Positions 57,402 through 64,000 of a DNA stretch of 64,000 nucleotides are shown piece after piece (position 1 is the first letter of the stretch; each line of letters begins with the position of its first letter). Origin of the DNA: Octopus vulgaris (Eukaryota); the NCBI GenBank assembly GCA_951406725.2, contig OX597819.1, positions 14,818,001-14,882,000 of the forward strand, written 5' to 3'. Both the position numbers and the translations under genes were made by a program. The notes under the pieces are model-generated. The model did not search any database and was not told the origin of the DNA. It saw only the letters and a list, made by a program, of their open reading frames with translations.

Positions 57402-59364
57402 AGTATCTACACTAGACCTGTGGTCAAAATGGGTAGATGAATAGACGGGACGGAAGTCTCTGGAAGGGAATGGCCTTATCTCTGGTCGTAGACTTAATTT
57501 GTCTTCGCCTAGTTTACTGTTTGGATTTTGGTGGACTTTAATGGAGTCAACTCCGTTGCAAAACAGTGTAGACAGAGTCTCCTTCAGAGGATAACTTCAT
57601 CCCCCCTTCTTTGCACCCCACAATAAAGGTCATGACCCCTAATCTTACTTCCAAACTAAAAAAAAAAGAGATCATGTCGCTGAAGTTCTTATCAAATCTA
57701 ATCTTGCTCCAATCGTTTAATACACTTTCTCCCACCGCATACAGTCATAATTTCTCTCTCCCCCCTGTCTTTCTCTCCCCCTCTCTCTCCCCTTCTTTCT
57801 CCCCCTCTCTCTCTCTCCCCTTCTTTCTCTCCCCCTCTCTCTCTCTTTCTGTATTTGTTTTACAACTAATACACCACCGTATTCTGATCTTGCAGACAAT
57901 AAACAACTCTTAAAACCATTCGACCGCTTTTTTTTTTTTTAAGGTTTTAATCCAACAAATAACCCCCACCTCCTCCATAATCCTCGAATTTACTGATCGT
58001 CTCTAATAACGATTTCGCAAACATAATCAAAGCTGCACGACAAAACTAGTCTTCAATTTTAAAACCAGAGAACACTTCCTCGCACAGCCTGCAGTTGACT
58101 CATTTCGAAAGCAGAAGTAGTGAGACTCACAATAGTTCACTGTTCCTCCGTCTTTGACGGAATTGCAGTAACATATACAAACATTACAGACGACACACCA
58201 AAGAAAACCATCCATTTGAAATGCAAACATGATAAGGCTCTTCTATACACAGTGACTTCTGGTCTTCAGAACACCCATTTCTCCTCATTCTGGATCAATC
58301 ACCTTAGCCTCACCGCTAATCGCTACGGCCAATATTTCCTCCTCAGTCCTCCGAAATTCCGTTTCTCCCCCCATTTTGCACCTAAAAGTTGATGTCCTGT
58401 TGTTCAAAAACACGACTTTCACCGGTTTGGGTGAATCTTCGAAGTTTATGGCCGTAAACCCATCCTCTATATCGAATAAGACACATTTGGGGATTAAGTC
58501 CAAAACACACTGTCAGAAAATAAAGGATACGGCACTGCTACGGATGGAATGCTTTTGATCATTATTTTGCTAGAATGGCACGAACCTAGGGCTAAGCATC
58601 AACAACAAAGAATAACTTATTAAAAATCAGTAGAGATTAATCACGGGTACCGCTAACCCACCCAATTGTACAAGATGAAAACAAACGAACTAACAGGGAT
58701 GATTAAAAGTAGTTCCAGCTGCAAGAAACAACAGTCAAATCTCCGTTATTTGTACTGGGTACATTGGATAATGTTGTCTGGGAAACACTATGTCTGAAGA
58801 AAAATTCGCGGAATGCATTTGATCCTAGGTCGATCGGGATTGGCCTGTGGCTAAAAACATCAGATAAAAACAAATGACTGGTAAAAGATCTATTGAATGC
58901 TTTCACTTGTGATTGGAGTTTAACGTTTAATGGTTCGGATGACACTCATTGATTTTATGATATTTATACGCTTTTTATTTTATTTTATTTTATTTTATTT
59001 TATTTATTATATCATTGTAAGCCGTGTTTTCACAACGAATTAATCACTGAACAGGAAAGAACAAATCGATTTATCATCTTCAAACCTTCGCTACTTCGGG
59101 GATTTTGAGATGAAAGACTTTTAGATTTTCCATTCTCTTCGATGCCATCAATATTTCAGCACTATTAAATTCTTCAATTCTGAACCAATCAACAGATTGT
59201 GTTTAACTCTCTACCAATAATCCGTCCTTGAGACTCGAACCAAAAGACAAGTACATTGTCAAGTACGTTGTCAAGCGAAAAAAAGTGGATACTGCATTTA
59301 GCCTGTTTCTTTCATATTTTGAGTTCAAATCGTATCAGAATCAAACTTTGGCATCCATCTTCAC

Positions 59365-59557
59365 TCTCTTTTACTCTTTTACTTGTTTCAGTCATTTGAC
59401 TGCGGCCATGCTGGAGCACCGCCTTTAGTCGAGCAAATCGACCCCGGGACTTATTCTTTGTAAGCCCAGTACTTATTCCATCGGTCTCTTTTGCTGAACC
59501 GCTAAGTAACGGGGACGTAAACACACCAGCATCGGTTGTCAAACAATGCTAGGGGGA

Positions 59558-59601
<44 letters not shown>

Positions 59602-59790
59602 TACACACACATATATATACATATACATATATACGACAGACTTCTTTCAGTTTCCGTCTACCAAATCCACTCACAAGGCATTGGTCGGCCCGGGGCTATA
59701 GCAGAAGACGCTTGCCCAAGATGCCACGCAGTGGGACTGAACCCGGAACCATGTGGCTGGTTAGCAAGCTACTTACCACACAGCCACTCC
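59365..59790 (-). mobile_element. SINE-A
   Basis: Full-length match. Confidence 0.9.
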
Positions 59791-60214
59791 TTATTAGAAC
59801 GAACCGTAAAATTAGAGGTGGTTGGCCTATTGAGCTACCACACAGCGCAGACAAAACCCACGCTTTGAAATATAACACTTCAAAAAGTCTATGCGAAGTT
59901 TATATTCTGGCCGTTTTATGCAAGGTTTAAATGTGATCCCCTTTCCTTCTCGCTCCGTTTGTAGTTCAGAGATAGATAGATGTATTTAGATATTGTAATT
60001 ACTGTTTCAAATTTTGGCACAAGGCTAGCGATTTCGAGGCAGCGACTAAGTCGATTACATCGACCACCAGTTTCAACTTGCACTTATTTTATCGAAGGGC
60101 AAAGTCGACCTCGGCAGAATTTGAACTCAGAATGTAAAAACGGACAAAATGCCACTCAGAATTTTGCCCGGCGTGCTAACGATTCTGCCAGCTCACCACT
60201 TTTATACATATTGT

Positions 60215-60449
60215 AATAATAAAGTCAGACCAAATAGAGATAGTTTGAAATTATTCAATACGTACGTCTAATACATAATATGTGTAATACATAATAGGAA
60301 ATGTATTCATTATGTAAGATATTTCAATGCTATAACTGAGAAAGATCTTACGTAATGGATGCATTTCCAATTATATAATGCGCAGACTTGAAACGTACGT
60401 ATTAAATGATTTCAAAATACCACTGTTTGGTTTGACTTCAATATTATTA
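60215..60449. mobile_element. Old palindromic MITE-like foldback
   Basis: taataataaagtcagaccaaatag...ctgtttggtttgacttcaatattatta; imperfect pairing continues to the centre. Confidence 0.65.
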
Positions 60450-60791
60450 CAACTAAAATGATTCGATGCCTGTACAAACAAGCTGGTCTTGACTCTACTC
60501 AAGCGGTACTCTAACCACGATTTGGAGTAGTTTCTTATATTTGACTCGAGTCGAAAATTCTAGTTCCCTGCACAAAATATGTCCTGATCTGTTATCCTTT
60601 ACTTCTTTCAGTCATTAGACTGCGGCTATGCTGGGGCACCGCCGGGAAGAATTTTCAGTCGAATGAACTGAGACCCGTACTTCTTTTTAAAGCTTGGTAC
60701 TTATTCTATCAGTCTCTTTTGCCGAACCGCTAGATTACGGGGATGTAGATACACCAATACCGGTTGACAAGTGGTGAGCGGGACAAACACT

Positions 60792-60889
<98 letters not shown>

Positions 60890-60952
60890 CAAACCTTCCA
60901 ATATATACATACATATATACGACGGGCTTCTCTCAGTTTCAATCTCCAAATA

Positions 60953-61340
60953 AGGCGAGCTGGCAGAAACGTTAGCACGCCGGGAGAAATGCTTAGCGGT
61001 ATTTCGTCTGCCGCTACGTTCTGAGTTCAAATTCCGCCGAGGTTGACTTTGCCTTTCATCCTGTCGATTAAATAAGTACCAGTTGCGCACTGGGGTCGAT
61101 ATAATCGACTTAATCCGTTTGTCTGTCCTTGTTTGTCCTCTCTGTGTTTAGCCCCTTGTGGGTAGTAAAGAAATAGGTATTTCGTCTGCTGCTATGTTCT
61201 GAATTCAGATTCCGCTGAGATCGACTTTGCCTTTCATCCTTTCGGGGTCGATAAATTAAGTACCAGTTACGCACTGGGGTCAATGTAATCGATTGGGCTC
61301 CCTCCCCCAAAATTCTGGGCCTTGTACCTAGAGTAGAAAG
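60953..61340 (+). mobile_element. SINE-B dimer (tail 1 then tail 2)
   Basis: Junction gaaataggtatttcg near 61170. Confidence 0.9.
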
Positions 61341-62322
61341 GAAAATAATTTTTCGCATCCAGTACAATGTTAATAACTACTCCTTTTCTTTCTTCCCTTC
61401 TCTCTGTCTTTTGATAAAAGTCCACCGTACGAAACGTTGTACGTTCCTTTATTTTGCTTTTTCCTTACAATGTAAAGCTAGTTACCTTGTTTACCTGTTT
61501 GTTTATTCTGAAATTTGTTTGGAACATTATCACGTTGATGAAGGTCCACACCCTCCCGCTGCCGCCTCTGAATTACTCTAAACAAATTTTACTCGGCGTT
61601 ATTACAAGAAAATTGCTTGAGACTGAAGTATGATGTGAATGTTCGGGAGCAGAGTTGTGTGGGATATTGAAGTCAACAACCTAAACGCAATGCTAAAGGA
61701 TACAAATGGCATTTCTTTTATTGGAATTTCTAGTAGATAGAAATAAGGAGTGAAGCTGGTCTAGTCTCTAGTTCCGTCCCGTATGCTGGCTGCACCTTCT
61801 TCACGTCTGCTTAACGATAAGCTTCTTTATTTACATAGACGGACGTGAGAATGTTACGTGCGTATTTCTGTTTATTTTTATTTTATCTTCTACCATCAAT
61901 GGCGTCTGCCTCCCTTTCATTACAATTGGTTGGCGAGCACTCAAAACTCGGGTTGATTCTTCAGTAAAAATCCTTAAAGAGTGATACATGAGAAAGGAAG
62001 GGCCGGCACAAAATTATTCAAGAAGATAAAAATATACAAAACCTAGTTTCTTCCGCTTTCGTAAATCATCTTATCGTAAATATCTCGTTAGGAGAATCGG
62101 ATCTTGGGTGCAACCGTAATCGTTTAGTTCGAACATTCATTCTTCAATCACATGGTTCAAGATTCGATCTCATTTCGGGATGCCTCAAGAAGTAAAATTA
62201 GAGAGACTTTTAGTTTACAGATCAAAACTCCAACTTATTTTCCTACTGTGAAGCTTGTGACATTGTGTAGGTCCGTATGACATGAGGGTATCTATCTATC
62301 TATCTATCTGATTGTCTGTCTG

Positions 62323-62401
<79 letters not shown>

Positions 62402-62467
62402 GTCTATCTGTCTGTCTGTCTATCTATCTATCTTTCATTCTCTCTCTCTTTCTCTTTATATATATAT

Positions 62468-62934
62468 ATAACATAAGGGACATCAGCCATCTGAATGTGG
62501 CTAGGGACAGGGCAGGGCGGTGGGGGTGTTACTGATGCATTTAGCCCCAGGCGATCATCAACGTCACCAGGAGGGCTGACACCATCACGGTGTCCTCTAG
62601 CCTGCAAAGGGAGATCATTCCCCGAAGAAGCGGATGCCACATACGGACCTAGGTTTCAAGGTATTTGCCTATTATCAACGCATGGCAGGCACCGCTCCTC
62701 GACGAATAACTCTCTGTGCAGGCTATATTTAAAGATTTTCACAGTAAATACATTTACTGATGTAGAAAATCCGTTCGAAAGCAATAATAATTCTCTAAAC
62801 GAGATATAAACAGTAACTGCTCCATAACATAAGGGACATCAGCCATCTGAAGTCCCTAGCCACATTCAGATGGCTGATGTCCCTTATGTTATGGAGCAGT
62901 TACTGTTTATATCTCGTTTAGAGAATTATTATTG

Positions 62935-62936
<2 letters not shown>
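62468..62936 (-). mobile_element. HHR mini-element, 356-bp monomer with junction-spanning 5' inversion
   Basis: 62468-62495 = 62824-62851; 62852-62936 = reverse complement of 62780-62851 continued by 62496-62509. Confidence 0.85.
62640..62684 (-). ncRNA. Type I hammerhead with U3-A8 variant core
   Basis: catgcg-TTGATAA-taggcaaatacctt-GAAA-cctag-GTC-cgtatg. Confidence 0.7.
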
Positions 62937-62975
<39 letters not shown>

Positions 62976-64000
62976 TTTATTTATCTGGAGCCTGTCAAGA
63001 TTCAAAATTCGATTAAGGTTCCTCTTCTCCGGAGAAATGGCTAAAATTTGCCGCTTATAACTATTTGCAAGATTTGTGGTTTTTAATTTAAGATTATCTT
63101 TACATTCTTAGCTGATCGAGTGATTTTTACTTGTTGAATTATTACTACATAATATGTGTGTGTGTGTGTGTGTTTGAGTTAGCTATATTTAATTATGATA
63201 TAAAGATGGGGTTGAACGGTACACCTTTTCCTTTTCCACTATCACTAAGGCGAGAAGGAAGTAGCTCCCTCGACACATACCGAATTTGCTGTGCAGTCGG
63301 ATCGAACCAGGAACCTTGTGCTTTTGTATCAAGTTGCTATATTACTATCATAATAATTTCATACATAAATACTTGATGTCTAATATAGACGCTAAATCAG
63401 AAATTTGGAGGCGGTAAGAAGGGAATAGTCAACCCACTCTAGTATTTGAGTATTATTTTTTTATCGAGCACGGAGGGAAGAAGGATAAAGATGAATTTCT
63501 CCGAATGTAAGGAGCTTAAAGAACATTCGATCCTCTAACAAGTCTGCCAATTCGCCGGCTCTATAGTACTTTTATAATACTAAATTCCTTTCCTTGTAGT
63601 TATTCTGTGAATGTTTCAATCAATGAATGACTGCAAGAAATGTTTACGACCAGAGAAGTCTAATACTTTCGTTATTTCGACATCAGTGAATGTTTTTCGT
63701 CTTGAGGCGAACAGATTTATTACTTCTGAAATTTCTAAGACATCGAAATGAATAAAAATATGCCATTCACACGTTAATCTAAAGTGTAGCGAAGATGTAA
63801 AGTTAATAAATGTACTTCTTCAGTCGACTAATTTTACCTTAAACAAAGGGAATACCAACAAAAAGCGAGATAAAAAGAAAATAAAAATGGCGACTATCGC
63901 TCAAAATGTCTGAAACAATAATTAACAAATGGAAAACGAGTGAAGTGTGAAGACAAGTTTAATGTTACCTGCAGTGAAAATGACACGTGATAAACGTCGT

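Noticed and set aside
62696-62707. Alternative core TCGAGGA for the 62.6-kb hammerhead
   Set aside because: The UUGAUAA register gives a better stem I and is conserved at 44197-44226

Overview
Repeat-saturated, AT-rich animal genomic DNA. The SINE repertoire and the density of (TA)n/(CA)n/(TAGA)n/(TAA)n tracts suggest Octopus or another cephalopod (inference). I see no credible host protein-coding exon, and nearly all supplied ORFs are microsatellite read-throughs. The window contains four tRNA-derived SINE families (about 40 copies or fragments), decayed LINE pieces (Tx1/L1-like APE, R4/Dong-like RLE, CR1), mariner and DD37D remnants, MITEs and one non-autonomous Helitron. The most striking content is about 15 minimal type-I hammerhead ribozyme (HHR) motifs in at least 7 unrelated, small, ORF-less elements that mostly sit in (TA)n tracts. 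Three share one architecture: a 356-565 bp monomer, a terminal direct repeat, and a 5' inverted copy spanning the monomer junction, as expected for Penelope-mobilised elements or retrozymes copied from circular/tandem RNA. One family has a U3-A8 covariant core (UUGAUAA). Another joins a tRNA-like Pol III head, (TAA)n and an HHR directly behind a Penelope-like ORF end. One SINE family recurs as head-to-tail 184-bp multimers with an invariant junction. All calls were made by eye, so boundaries are approximate.
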